64,000 nt of DNA from Hyphomicrobiaceae bacterium (GCA_033764645.1 JANRIT010000081.1:4942-68941), one strand, 5' to 3'. Shown: positions 9,969 to 20,150, counted from the first letter of the stretch. Translations and numbers: made by a program. Notes: generated from the sequence alone by a model not told the origin.

Positions 9969-12188
9969 TCAGCGCGGGCGAGCGGCGGTCGGGCGGCGAA
10001 TGCGGTCGTCATAGCGGGCGAGTACGCTGCGCGCTTTCTCGGCCACGGCATCTGCGATGGCGGCGTGGCCCTCGGCGGTCGGGTGGAATGCCCCGGAGTA
10101 GGTGGAGGCCAGCAGAAGCTGGAACCAAGACAGCGTGTCGAACTTCAAAACCTTCTGCAACAGCGACTCCGGCACGTGGAAGTTGCCGGTGAGGAAGGCA
10201 TCGTTGGGCGTGCGGAACCAGCGCTGGCGCGATGCATAGGGCCGGTAGTGCGCCGGGTTGTAGGGCACCCAGCGATCGCCCTGGCGGCGTGGCAGGCGCA
10301 GGTCCTCGTCGGCGGAGAAGGCATTGTCGGTGAAGCCGGCGCAGATACCGCGGCCGAGGAACTGGGCGCGGTGCCGATCGACGAAAGTCCAGCCGTGCGC
10401 GGACGCGCTCTTCTGCATGATGGCGTGCAGGCGGCCTGCTATATTCACCCCATCGCGCGCGCGCCGTGCGCTCAGCGCGAAGTCGTTGACCACCTCCATG
10501 CCAGCCGCTCCGTCCGGGCAGACGCTGCGCCCGTCGCCGAGCAGCGCCATCTCCGGGTAGGCGGTCAGCAGGATGCGGTCGCTCTCGTTCCACGGCACAT
10601 GCAGGATGTTGTGCAGGGCCCGGTTGAGGGACTTGTAGCGGGCATCGAGCAGCGCAAGGGCCGCCCGCGCCTGCAGGGTGCCGTGCACCTGGCCGACCCA
10701 GCCGCCGAGTTGCTTCAAGAGCGACTGGTCGACGAGGATGGCGTTGGCGAGCAGCCGCGCGAAGCCGATGTCGTTGCCGCCTACCGAGACCATCAGGAGA
10801 TCGATCCTGCGCGAGCGCTCGGCTGAGCACTTGTAGAGCACGAGGCCGCGCAGCGCCTCGACCTTGCCGCCCATGTGATAGGCCTCGGGCAGGTCCTGCG
10901 GCGTGGCGCGTCCCTCCGCGCACGTCTCGACGGCGGCGGCCGAAATCTGCGACAGGTCGGGCGGGTTGGGTGTCCACTCGTTGCCCTTGTAGCGCAGGAA
11001 CAGGCCCGAAACGATCTCGGCACCCGAGCAGGCGAGCCCGACGAACGTGACGGCGCGGTGGTCGTCCTCGACGGCAAGCTGCAAGGCGGCACGCACCTGA
11101 TGGGAATAGAGTGAGCGGTGGCAGGCCTGGTCGAGCCAGCGCGCGCTCTCCGAGAGGAAGGCAGCATCCCCGATGCGCTTCCAGCCGCCGACGCGGGCAG
11201 GGTAGCCGGCCAGTTGCGGCTCGCCGGCCTTGCCGTAATCAGCGGTGCGGTCGGGATCGAAGCGGACGGGCACGTCGGGGTTGCCCTCGCCCGAGCCGAA
11301 GCTGTCACCGAGCCCGACGATGAGGATATCGCTCACGCGCGCGGTGACGCGGGCGATCGACCGGCCACCGAGCGCAACCTCGATGTCGCCGCCGGCGGGA
11401 TAGGGCAGGTCGAAGCCGACTTCCGCGTTGCACGGGCCGGATAGTGTCAGCGGCCGGGCCGGGTTCTCGCTTTTGGCTTTGTTGCCGGTCGCGTCGTGCG
11501 GCGCGGGGTGCAGCGTCCATTGGCAGGTAACGACCTCGGCGTCGGCGAGCCCGGCCAGCCTGACGAGGATGCGATGGCTCGACGGATCGATATAGTCGCT
11601 GCCGGTGCCGCACACGTGCCGGTTCTTCCACGGGTCCCAGCAGGTTGCATCGATGACGTCGGCGGCCCACCCGAGCGGGGCGGACTTGGCGAGCGCGCGC
11701 TCGGCCGCGAGGATCGGCTGGCGACGCTCGGCAGGCGACAGTCCGAGGAACACGTCGCGGTGACGCGCGGTGTCGGCCGGGTCGGTAAAGAAGCGGAACG
11801 GGTTCTCGACACGCCAGCGGATCTCGGGGACGACGGCGTCCTCGCCGATCGGGACGGGTTCGAGCGGCGTGGCGGCAGGGGCCGGGCTGGCGGCGGCCGG
11901 CGGCTCACCGACGACGAGCATCGGCGCCGGGATGGCGGGTTCAGCGACGGGGCCGGGAGCCGCCGGAGCCGCCGGCTCAGCATCGGCGCCGGGTAGCGGC
12001 TCGAGATCGGTGGCAACGACGCCCCGCTGGGCCTTCGCGGCAGGCGCTTGTTCCGCGGGAGGGCTTTGCGCGGCGGCCGAACTCAGGCCAGAGAGACCCA
12101 CGAGGGCGAGCCCGACGAGGACGCCGGCGCTTGCCGTCCGCCCGCGTGTCAGGCCCCATGACGACGATGTCGGCTTTGGTGTCCGCAT
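9969..12188 (-). CDS. large secreted SGNH/GDSL-type hydrolase with an unrecognised N-terminal domain
   Basis: Internal ATG 12188 of ORF 9969..12335 (MRTPKP...signal/TM). Pro/Ala linker. SGNH blocks GLGDSFGSGEG (block I), VSVGGNDIGF (block III) and FHPTAEGH (block V). Confidence 0.7.
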   Translation of the reverse strand: MRTPKPTSSSWGLTRGRTASAGVLVGLALVGLSGLSSAAAQSPPAEQAPAAKAQRGVVATDLEPLPGADAEPAAPAAPGPVAEPAIPAPMLVVGEPPAAASPAPAATPLEPVPIGEDAVVPEIRWRVENPFRFFTDPADTARHRDVFLGLSPAERRQPILAAERALAKSAPLGWAADVIDATCWDPWKNRHVCGTGSDYIDPSSHRILVRLAGLADAEVVTCQWTLHPAPHDATGNKAKSENPARPLTLSGPCNAEVGFDLPYPAGGDIEVALGGRSIARVTARVSDILIVGLGDSFGSGEGNPDVPVRFDPDRTADYGKAGEPQLAGYPARVGGWKRIGDAAFLSESARWLDQACHRSLYSHQVRAALQLAVEDDHRAVTFVGLACSGAEIVSGLFLRYKGNEWTPNPPDLSQISAAAVETCAEGRATPQDLPEAYHMGGKVEALRGLVLYKCSAERSRRIDLLMVSVGGNDIGFARLLANAILVDQSLLKQLGGWVGQVHGTLQARAALALLDARYKSLNRALHNILHVPWNESDRILLTAYPEMALLGDGRSVCPDGAAGMEVVNDFALSARRARDGVNIAGRLHAIMQKSASAHGWTFVDRHRAQFLGRGICAGFTDNAFSADEDLRLPRRQGDRWVPYNPAHYRPYASRQRWFRTPNDAFLTGNFHVPESLLQKVLKFDTLSWFQLLLASTYSGAFHPTAEGHAAIADAVAEKARSVLARYDDRIRRPTAARPR

Positions 12189-12253
12189 GGTGCTCGTCCC
12201 GCTCGCCCCATGTTGCAGATCGCGCTTCAAGATGCTGCGCGCACAGCCGGCGC

Positions 12254-13132
12254 TCACGGCCACCCGCCGTAGCGCGCGATGGCCAGGCGGCACACGCGCG
12301 TCAGCGGATCGATGTCCGCGGCCAGCGAACGCCACTCTTCATCTCGCACCTGCAAAACGCGCAAATACGGCTCGACAAGGGCAACGGGCAGAAGAGCGAT
12401 TTTGATGTGGCGCGGCAGGGACCGCCAAGTTGCGGAAAGTTCCACGCGTGCGTTCGCCGACCGGGCGAGCAGCCCGCTGCGCCAGCCATCGAGCGCGGCC
12501 TGCACGGCGGGGGCGTGCATGGTGTCGGCGTCGATCGGCGGCCCTGGAGGACAGAAGTAGGGCGGCAGGCGGCCACGCGCCTGGAAGGCAGGCAGGCGCA
12601 GGGCAAGGCGGACCCCGCCGTAGGCCGTCGCTGCGAGCGCGATTGCGCCATTCGAGGAGGTCGCTTCAGGTAGCGAGACAGTGCCGCGTGTGGGATCGAG
12701 AACGAGCGCTGACAAGCGGAAGGCCACCGCCTCGGCCTCGTGGCAGGGCAGAGCGCGGGTTTTCGACTGGGCGATGAGATCTTCACCGGGCTCCAGATCG
12801 CGCATGCGAGCTTCGATCAGGCGCCGCACGAGACCGCGCGCGCTCGCGTGCTCTGCAAAAAGCGAAAGCATCGCGTCGGCCACGGGGTTGCCGGTTGGCG
12901 GCGGCGGACCACTCGCCTCCGTTGCCGCCCAATCCCACCACCATTGCAGGCGTATTTCTCCCAGCATCGGCTCGCTGACGAGCGTCGGGATGCGCTCGAG
13001 TTCGCCGGCGAGCGCGGCGATGGCGATCAGGTCCCTGCGTGCCGACCGCGGCGCCAAGAGTGCCGCGAGATAGCGGTCATGGGCGTGGGCGCGCGCCGCA
13101 GCACGGACTTCTTCGAAGGCTGTGCCATCCAT
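12254..13132 (-). CDS. squalene/phytoene synthase family protein (NDUFAF6-like)
   Basis: Internal ATG 13132 of ORF 12254..13246. HDRYLAALLAP...LGEIRLQWW motifs typical of the alphaproteobacterial COG1562 group that sits next to DUF498. Confidence 0.7.
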   Translation of the reverse strand: MDGTAFEEVRAAARAHAHDRYLAALLAPRSARRDLIAIAALAGELERIPTLVSEPMLGEIRLQWWWDWAATEASGPPPPTGNPVADAMLSLFAEHASARGLVRRLIEARMRDLEPGEDLIAQSKTRALPCHEAEAVAFRLSALVLDPTRGTVSLPEATSSNGAIALAATAYGGVRLALRLPAFQARGRLPPYFCPPGPPIDADTMHAPAVQAALDGWRSGLLARSANARVELSATWRSLPRHIKIALLPVALVEPYLRVLQVRDEEWRSLAADIDPLTRVCRLAIARYGGWP

Positions 13133-13169
13133 TGGCGCAGGGCCATTGCCAGGCGACACGCGAACTCCC

Positions 13170-13550
13170 TCACTCGACGGGCAAGAGCGCGGCGGCGACC
13201 GCCCGGCCCTCGGCGAGGAGCACGTTGTAGGTGCGTGCGGCGGCACCCGTCGTCATGGTCTCGACGACGATGCCACGCGCTTCGAGCGCGCCTCTGACGT
13301 CGGGGCTGAGAAACGTCTGCACGGCGCCGGTACCGATGAGCAGCACTTCGATGGGCTCGGCGCTGTCGATGACGGGGCCAAGTGCCGCCAGATCGATGTC
13401 GCCGGCGGCCGAGGCCGTCCAGCCACGCACCTCGGCCGGCAGAAACAGAAGCGCTCCGCGGTGGCTCATGCCGGCGAAGCGAAAGCCGCCATTTCCATAA
13501 GCATCGATGGCCGCGCGGCCGGGAAAGGCAGGTGTCGGGCCCGGTGCCAT
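13170..13550 (-). CDS. Mth938-like/DUF498 protein (NDUFAF3-like)
   Basis: 126-aa ORF. IDAYGNGGFRFAG...HRGALL..P...W...E.LLIGTG...ARTYNVLLAEGR.VAAAL pattern of the DUF498 family. Confidence 0.8.
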   Translation of the reverse strand: MAPGPTPAFPGRAAIDAYGNGGFRFAGMSHRGALLFLPAEVRGWTASAAGDIDLAALGPVIDSAEPIEVLLIGTGAVQTFLSPDVRGALEARGIVVETMTTGAAARTYNVLLAEGRAVAAALLPVE

Positions 13551-13658
13551 GGCACCCCTCAGTCGAACACAGCGCTACCGCTGACGGGCGAAGCGCGACC
13601 ACGTCGCGGAACGGCGCGTTTGCCAGCGCGCACGACATCCCCCTCGTGCCGAGGGGGC

Positions 13659-14621
13659 TCAGCCCTTGGCAGCGGCCGCCGCGCCGGGCTTAGCCGCCGC
13701 CTCGCCAGACCAGTCGCGCTTGACGCCGAGGAAGCCCAGCAGCGGTGCGGCGATGAAGATGGACGAATAGGTGCCGATGATGATGCCGAGCAGCATGGCG
13801 AGCGAGAAGTTGCGGATGACCTCGCCGCCGAACAGGGTGAGGGCAACGAGCACGACGAGCGTGGTCACGCCGGTCAGGATGGTGCGCGAGAGCGTCTCGT
13901 TGATCGACAGGTCGAGGAGCTCGTTGAGCTCCATTTTCTTGTACTTGCGCAGGTTCTCGCGGATGCGGTCGGACACGACGACGGTATCGTTGACGGAGTA
14001 GCCGAGAATGGTCAGCAGGGCCGCCACGATCGACAGGTCGAACTCGAGCTGGAACAGCGAGAAGATGCCCACGGTCAGCAGCACGTCGTGGGTCAGCGCG
14101 ACCACCGTGCCGAGCGCGAACTGCCACTCGAAGCGGAACCAGACGTAGCAGATGATGGCGATGACGGCGGCGATAACGGCGATGACGCCCGTCGTGCGCA
14201 ATTCACTCGACACCGCCGGGCCGACGACTTCGACACGGCGCTGCTGGAAGCCAGCGCCAAGCTCGTCGATGACCTTCTTGAGCGCAACCTGCTGCACGGC
14301 CTCGCCACCGGGCTGCTGCTCGATGCGGATGAGCACGTCGGTCGGTTCACCGAGGCCCTGGATCTGAACGCTGCCAAGACCAAGCCCACCGAGCTTGGTG
14401 CGCAGCGCGGACACGTCGGCGGGACCCGACGTCGAGCGCACCTCGATCAGCGAGCCGCCCTTGAAGTCAACGCCGTAGTTGAGGCCCATCGTGAAAAACA
14501 GAAGGAGCGAGCCCAGCATGGCGACGACGGATAGGCCAAAGCACAGCTCCTTGTAGCGCATGAACTTCAGCCGCACGTGGTGCGGGAAGAAGTCGTAACC
14601 CTTGAATTCCGGGACCAGCAT
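13659..14621 (-). CDS. secF: protein translocase subunit SecF
   Basis: Full-length SecF similarity (GLNYGVDFKGGS, GYSVNDTVVVSDRIREN, ETLSRTILT). Confidence 0.95.
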   Translation of the reverse strand: MLVPEFKGYDFFPHHVRLKFMRYKELCFGLSVVAMLGSLLLFFTMGLNYGVDFKGGSLIEVRSTSGPADVSALRTKLGGLGLGSVQIQGLGEPTDVLIRIEQQPGGEAVQQVALKKVIDELGAGFQQRRVEVVGPAVSSELRTTGVIAVIAAVIAIICYVWFRFEWQFALGTVVALTHDVLLTVGIFSLFQLEFDLSIVAALLTILGYSVNDTVVVSDRIRENLRKYKKMELNELLDLSINETLSRTILTGVTTLVVLVALTLFGGEVIRNFSLAMLLGIIIGTYSSIFIAAPLLGFLGVKRDWSGEAAAKPGAAAAAKG

Positions 14622-14665
14622 CGGTCGTCCTCGTGATCGGTTCGGGGCGTCGGCGGCGCGCTACG

Positions 14666-16312
14666 TCAGATGGGAACGGTCCAGCGCCGGCCGCTCGTGG
14701 CGTTCTTGTTGGCGACCCACAGCGCGATGAGGAGCCGCGTCACGGTCACCGCCGTGAAGACGGACGTGAAGATGCCGATGGTCAGCGTCACGGCGAAGCC
14801 CCTGATCGGACCCGAGCCGAGCCAGAACATGATGAAGGCGGCGAACAAGGTCGTCAGCTGGCTGTCGGCGATCGTGATCATGGCACGCGAGAAGCCGGCG
14901 TCGATCGCCGATGTCGGCGGTTTGCCGTTGCGCAACTCCTCGCGGATGCGCTCGTAGATGAGCACGTTGGCGTCGACCGCCATGCCGATCGTCAGCACGA
15001 AACCGGCGATGCCGGGCAGCGTCAGCGTCGCGCCCATCATGCTCATGATGCCGAGGATCAGGACGGCGTTGACGAGCAGGCCGATGACGGCGAAGACGCC
15101 GAACGTGCCGTAGGCGATTGTCGTCAGGATCACGGTCGCGATGCCGCCGATGAGGAAGGCGCGCGTGCCGGCCTCGATCGAATCGGCGCCGAGTGCCGGG
15201 CCGACGGAGCGCTCCTCGACGATGGTCAGTGTGGTCGGCAGGGCGCCCGAGCGGAGCTGGATGGCGAGGTTGCCGGCCTCCTCGACCGAGAAGCCGCCCG
15301 AGATCTGGCCGGAGCCGCCGAGGATCGGCTCGCGGATCACGGGCGCCGACAGAACCTTCACGTCGCGCTTGCCCTCGATCACACCGTTGTCGAGGACGAT
15401 GGCGAAGGGACGGCCAACGTTCTTCGATGTGAAGTCGCCGAACACGCGGGCGGCGCGCTGGTTGAAGCGGAACGAGATGATCGGCTCGTTGGTGCGGCTG
15501 TCGAAGCCGGGCTGGGCGTCGACGAGATCCTCACCGAAGATGATCGGCGTCTCCTGCAGGAGATACTCGATCTGCGGGTTCTCCTGGTCGGGGTAGAGGC
15601 GGTAGCCGAGCGGAACGCGCGTGGCCTGGGCCTCTTCGGCGGTGATGTTCTGGTGGACGTCGTGGAACGACAGCTTCGCCGTCTGGCCGATCAGGGCCTT
15701 CAGCTTGGCGGTATCGTCGAAGCCGGGAACCTGTACGAGGATGCGATCCTCGCCCTGACGGACGATGCTCGGCTCGGTCGTTCCGAGTGCGTCGATGCGG
15801 CGGCGCACGACCTCGATGGCCGCGGTCGCGGCATGGGCGAGGCGCTGGCGGATGCCCGGCTCGGTCGGCGTCAGTGTCAGAAGAAGCCCGTCGCCGGCGG
15901 CGATCTCGACGTCGTTGCCCGACGTGCCGACGAGCGCATTGCCGATCGGCGTGGCGATGGTGCGCAACTCAGTCAGTGCCTTGTCGCGGTCGGCGGCGTC
16001 GACGAGGGTGACACGCACCTCGCTCGCCGTCGCGCCGAGGCCGGTGTAGCGGATCTTGGCGTCGCGCAGGCGCTTGCGCACGTCGCCCTGGATGTTGATC
16101 AGCCAGTCCTTGACGAGTTCGGTCCGGTCCATCTCCAGCAGGAGATGAGCGCCGCCCTTGAGGTCGAGGCCGAGGTTCAACTGCTGCTTGGGCAGGAAAC
16201 CCGGCCAATTGGCGAGCGTTTCCTTCGAGACGAAGTTGGGCAGCGTCGCCAGGAAGCCAAACACGCAGACGAGCGCGATGAGAAGCATTTTCGCGCGGGA
16301 GAAGTGCAGCAT
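14666..16312 (-). CDS. secD: protein translocase subunit SecD
   Basis: Full-length SecD similarity (LGLDLKGGAHLLLE, GPALGADSI, LTLPGIAGFVLTIGMAVDANVLIYERIREE). Confidence 0.95.
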   Translation of the reverse strand: MLHFSRAKMLLIALVCVFGFLATLPNFVSKETLANWPGFLPKQQLNLGLDLKGGAHLLLEMDRTELVKDWLINIQGDVRKRLRDAKIRYTGLGATASEVRVTLVDAADRDKALTELRTIATPIGNALVGTSGNDVEIAAGDGLLLTLTPTEPGIRQRLAHAATAAIEVVRRRIDALGTTEPSIVRQGEDRILVQVPGFDDTAKLKALIGQTAKLSFHDVHQNITAEEAQATRVPLGYRLYPDQENPQIEYLLQETPIIFGEDLVDAQPGFDSRTNEPIISFRFNQRAARVFGDFTSKNVGRPFAIVLDNGVIEGKRDVKVLSAPVIREPILGGSGQISGGFSVEEAGNLAIQLRSGALPTTLTIVEERSVGPALGADSIEAGTRAFLIGGIATVILTTIAYGTFGVFAVIGLLVNAVLILGIMSMMGATLTLPGIAGFVLTIGMAVDANVLIYERIREELRNGKPPTSAIDAGFSRAMITIADSQLTTLFAAFIMFWLGSGPIRGFAVTLTIGIFTSVFTAVTVTRLLIALWVANKNATSGRRWTVPI

Positions 16313-16437
16313 GTTCGTCAGCTTCCTGTTGGCAGCAGCGTCCCCCGGAACCGGTTCCGGAGGCCGCGCTCATCGTAGGGGCGGTCGGCCCTTGCCACGG
16401 CTTCGGCTACGTCAGAGGACGTGGCCGAGAACGTGGC

Positions 16438-16776
16438 TCAGGCCGCGTCCTTGACCGGCTCGCCCTTGGCACGCACGTCCATCAGCGTCGATTTCAGAAC
16501 GCGGATCTTCAGCGTCTCGGCCAGCTCGACCTCGATCTCGTCGGAGCCGTCCGGAACCTTCGTCACACGGCCAATGAAGCCGGAGGAGGTCACCACGGTG
16601 TCGCCGCGCCTCACTTTGGAGATCATCTCCTGGTGCTGCTTGGCGCGCTGCTGTTGCGGACGGATCAGCAGGAAGTAGAAGATGATCAACATCAGGATCA
16701 TCGGGAACAGCACGCCGAGACCGCCGAACGGGTCGCCGCCGGGAGCGCCTTGGGCAAAGGCCGGTGAGATGAACAT
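16438..16776 (-). CDS. yajC: preprotein translocase subunit YajC
   Basis: 112-aa ORF. LIIFYFLLIRPQQQRAKQHQEM...GD.VVTSSGFIGRV signature. Lies upstream of secDF. Confidence 0.9.
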   Translation of the reverse strand: MFISPAFAQGAPGGDPFGGLGVLFPMILMLIIFYFLLIRPQQQRAKQHQEMISKVRRGDTVVTSSGFIGRVTKVPDGSDEIEVELAETLKIRVLKSTLMDVRAKGEPVKDAA

Positions 16777-17098
16777 GGGCGTGGCTCGCTTCTCGATTTC
16801 GCAGAGACGGATTGCGCAGGGATGGGATCAACAGCGCCAGTGGCACGCGCCACTGACGGCAGGCACCGGGAGCCGGGACGCAACGCTGCGTCCCTCGTGC
16901 TCGCCGGAGATATAACCTGCACGTTTCGTTTGCAACCGCGCTGCCCACCGCTTCAGCCTGCCTGCCCCTTACTGGTTCTGGCATTCTCGTGTCGGCCAGG
17001 CCATCCCGCGCGGTGCGCGCGCCAGGGCGGCAGCGCGCGCCCGGCCCTTGGCCTGCGTGCTTGACGCGGGCGGGCGTGCCTCTACTGAATGCGCCGCC

Positions 17099-17971
17099 AT
17101 GAGCGACGATACCGACCACACCGCGCTTCTCGCGCGGATCGCAGCCGCACTCGAGCGCCTCGCGCCGCCCGCGCCGGTGCCCGTCGACTTTGCCGCAGCC
17201 GACGCTTTCGTGTGGCAGGGCGAGCCGCCTGCGTTCCTGCCGGTCGCCAAGGTGGCCCGCGTGCCGCTCGACCTGTTGCAGGGCATCGACTTCGCCGCCC
17301 GTCAACTGATCGACAATACCGAACGCTTCGCCCGCGGGCTGCCGGCCAACAACGCGCTCCTGTGGGGTGCGCGCGGCATGGGAAAATCGTCGCTCGTCAA
17401 GGCGGCTCACGCGACGGTGAGCGCCAGGACGGGTGACGGCCAAGGCTTGAAGCTCGTCGAGATCCATCGCGAGGACATCCACACGCTCCCGGCCTGTCTC
17501 GCCGCCATCCGGACCTCGCCCCACCGCTTCATCGTGTTCTGCGACGATCTATCCTTCGACAAGGACGATACGTCCTACAAATCGCTGAAGGCGGTGCTCG
17601 AGGGCGGCATCGAGGGCCGGCCGGACAACGTGGTGTTCTATGCCACCTCCAACCGGCGCCACCTGATGCCGCGCGATATGGTCGAGAACGAGCGCTCGAC
17701 GGCGATCAACCCATCCGAGGCCGTCGAGGAGAAAGTCTCGCTCTCGGACCGCTTTGGGCTGTGGCTCGGCTTTCACAACAGCAGCCAGGACCAGTATCTC
17801 GCCATGGTCGAAGGCTACGCAGCGCGCATCGGGCTCGCTCTGCCGCCCGACGAGTTGCGCCGGCAAGCGCTCGAATGGGCGATCACGCGCGGAGCCCGCT
17901 CGGGGCGCGTCGCGTGGCAGTTCATCCAGGATCTGGCAGGCCGGCAGGGGCGACACATCGATCTCGATTGA
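17099..17971 (+). CDS. AAA+ ATP-binding protein, DUF815 family
   Basis: Internal ATG 17099 of ORF 17048..17971. Walker A WGARGMGKSSLVKA. FCDDLSF and YATSNRRHL motifs of DUF815/COG2607. Confidence 0.8.
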   Translation: MSDDTDHTALLARIAAALERLAPPAPVPVDFAAADAFVWQGEPPAFLPVAKVARVPLDLLQGIDFAARQLIDNTERFARGLPANNALLWGARGMGKSSLVKAAHATVSARTGDGQGLKLVEIHREDIHTLPACLAAIRTSPHRFIVFCDDLSFDKDDTSYKSLKAVLEGGIEGRPDNVVFYATSNRRHLMPRDMVENERSTAINPSEAVEEKVSLSDRFGLWLGFHNSSQDQYLAMVEGYAARIGLALPPDELRRQALEWAITRGARSGRVAWQFIQDLAGRQGRHIDLD

Positions 17972-18128
17972 AGCCGATGGCCGGCATGGGCCGAAGCGTT
18001 CACGATTTTGCGTAATTGATACAGCCGTGTGTTAGCCAACCAGGGGTTCTCACGAACAGTGAATGTGATACTGTTCGGCGCGCCGGTTGAACGGGTTGTG
18101 CGATCATCTTCACGTCGAGGTACAAGTC

Positions 18129-20102
18129 ATGCGTAGCGCCGCGGTCCTCCTCAGCGGACTTGCTCTTCTTGCCATTCCCGGTGTCGCCGGTGCCGAGGTG
18201 GCGGTTCGCCCGGTGGTCGCCGAAGTCGCCGTGCCAGCGCCGCAGCCGGCGCGGGCTGACGCACTCCTCATCGACGTACTGCGCGAGGTGACAGCCCGGC
18301 GCGAGCGGGCCGATCAGGAGACCGGCGAACTGCTCGATGCACTCGGCACGGTTTACGCAGACGGGCTCGCGCGTCCCGTGTTCGTCGATCACACCGGCAT
18401 GACCGAACGCGGCCGGGCCGTGCTGTGGGAGGTGTCGCGGGCCGACGAGTGGGGCTTAGAGCCCGGCGAATACTCCCTGCGCGAGGCAGACCTCGGCGCG
18501 CACGACGCGGCTGGGCTCGCCCGCCTCGAGGTCGAGATCGCGCTTGTGGCCCTTCGCTATGCCTCGCACGCGAGCCAGGGCCGGTTCGCTCCGACCGAGT
18601 TCTCGCTGTGGTACGAGCGGGCGCGCGGCAATTTCGACGCGCTCGGCGTGTTGAGCGAGCTCGCGCGCTCGAGCGACGTCCACGCCGTGCTCACCGCCCA
18701 GCATCCCCAGCACCGGCAGTTCCAGCTTCTGCGGGCTGCCTACCTGCACGCCAGATGGCCGGACCGGTTCGCCGCACCCGGTCGCGAGGCAGCGCCCGAG
18801 CCCGAGCGCTTTGCGCCCGGCGCGCCGATCGAGCGCGGCATGCGCGACGGCGAGATCGTCAAGCTGCGCCAGCTGCTCGACGTGCCGGCGCGCAACGCGG
18901 CGGATGCCGACCTCTACGACCGGGAGGTCGAGAGGGCCGTCACCGCCTTCATGCGCACGCGCGGGGTGCGCGGCAAGACCGTGTTCGACGATACGGTCCG
19001 GCGCGCTCTGAACAGCGACGGCAAGCCGGCGAAGCGGACCACGCAGGCCGGCCTGCAAGAGCTGCGCGTCAACATGGAGAAGTGGCGCTGGATGCCGCGC
19101 GAACTGGGCAACCTGCACATCATCAACCACCTGCCCTCGTTCGAGACGCGCGTCGTGCGCGACGGCAAGACCGTCCATGCCGAGCGCATCATCGTCGGCA
19201 AGACCAACACGCAGACGCCGGTGTTCTCCGACCAGATGACGCACGTCGTGTTCAAGCCGCAGTGGGGCGTGCCGAACTCGATCAAGATCAAGACGCTGCT
19301 GCCGAGCCTGGCGGGGGGAGATCTCGGTGTGCTCGACCGGCGCGGCATGAGCATAGTGCACGAGGGGCGCAGGATCAGCCCGACGCGCTACAACTGGTCC
19401 AAGACCGACATCTCATCGGTGCCGATCGTGATGGGCGCGGGGCCATCCAATCCGCTCGGCCGGCTCAAGTTCATGTTCCCCAACCATCACGCCGTCTACA
19501 TGCACGACACGCCCGACCGGCATCTGTTCGGCAGCGCCGACCGGACGTTCAGCGCCGGCTGCATCCGCGTGCGCAACCCCGTGCGGCTCGCCGAAGTCGT
19601 GTTCAGCGAGGCCTCCGGCTGGGCGCCGGAGCGGGTTGCCGACTATCTCGGCCGGTTCGGCGAGGAGAACCATCGCGTCGACCTCGACCGCCCGATCCCC
19701 GTGCACAACACGTATTTCACGCTAGTCGCCGACGAGGCCGGCGGGTTCGTGCGCTACAAGGACATCTACGGGCACGATCGTCGCATCGCGGAAGCGCTCA
19801 GCGGCAAGTCGCTGGAGCTTATCGCGCGCAGCGATCCGGCGCGCGCCCAGCAGCGCGAACTGAAGGCCATGGCCAGCAATGCCCGCGCCTACGCCATCGC
19901 GGCTGCCCGGCCGAAGCTGCCGCCGCCGGGCTTCGGCCTGCCGCCGGGTGTCGGCTTCTACGGTTACCAGCAGGCCCTCGGCGGACCCGTGCCGCCGACT
20001 TTCGCGCCCAAGCCGCAGAAGCCGGCCCGCGCCAAATCGTCGAACCCTTACGCGAAGAACCCGGCCCGCATGTGGTCGATCCAGGCGTTCGGCGGGTACT
20101 GA
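18129..20102 (+). CDS. L,D-transpeptidase family protein (YcbB-like, with peptidoglycan-binding domain)
   Basis: Internal ATG 18129 with a signal peptide. PG_binding_1-like segment (DLYDREVERAVTAFMRTRG). YkuD catalytic motif HHAVYMHDTPDRHLFGSADRTFSAGCIRV. Confidence 0.85.
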   Translation: MRSAAVLLSGLALLAIPGVAGAEVAVRPVVAEVAVPAPQPARADALLIDVLREVTARRERADQETGELLDALGTVYADGLARPVFVDHTGMTERGRAVLWEVSRADEWGLEPGEYSLREADLGAHDAAGLARLEVEIALVALRYASHASQGRFAPTEFSLWYERARGNFDALGVLSELARSSDVHAVLTAQHPQHRQFQLLRAAYLHARWPDRFAAPGREAAPEPERFAPGAPIERGMRDGEIVKLRQLLDVPARNAADADLYDREVERAVTAFMRTRGVRGKTVFDDTVRRALNSDGKPAKRTTQAGLQELRVNMEKWRWMPRELGNLHIINHLPSFETRVVRDGKTVHAERIIVGKTNTQTPVFSDQMTHVVFKPQWGVPNSIKIKTLLPSLAGGDLGVLDRRGMSIVHEGRRISPTRYNWSKTDISSVPIVMGAGPSNPLGRLKFMFPNHHAVYMHDTPDRHLFGSADRTFSAGCIRVRNPVRLAEVVFSEASGWAPERVADYLGRFGEENHRVDLDRPIPVHNTYFTLVADEAGGFVRYKDIYGHDRRIAEALSGKSLELIARSDPARAQQRELKAMASNARAYAIAAARPKLPPPGFGLPPGVGFYGYQQALGGPVPPTFAPKPQKPARAKSSNPYAKNPARMWSIQAFGGY

Positions 20103-20150
20103 GGCTCACACACAGTTCGGACACGCTGGCTGTCGGACTGACGAGCGGTC

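Noticed and set aside
18053-18077. Palindrome CGAACAGT-N9-ACTGTTCG upstream of the L,D-transpeptidase gene, considered as a LexA/SOS box or a terminator.
   Set aside because: The alphaproteobacterial LexA box is a direct repeat (GTTC-N7-GTTC), not an inverted GAAC...GTTC with this spacing. No U-tract follows, so it is not an intrinsic terminator. It is left unassigned.
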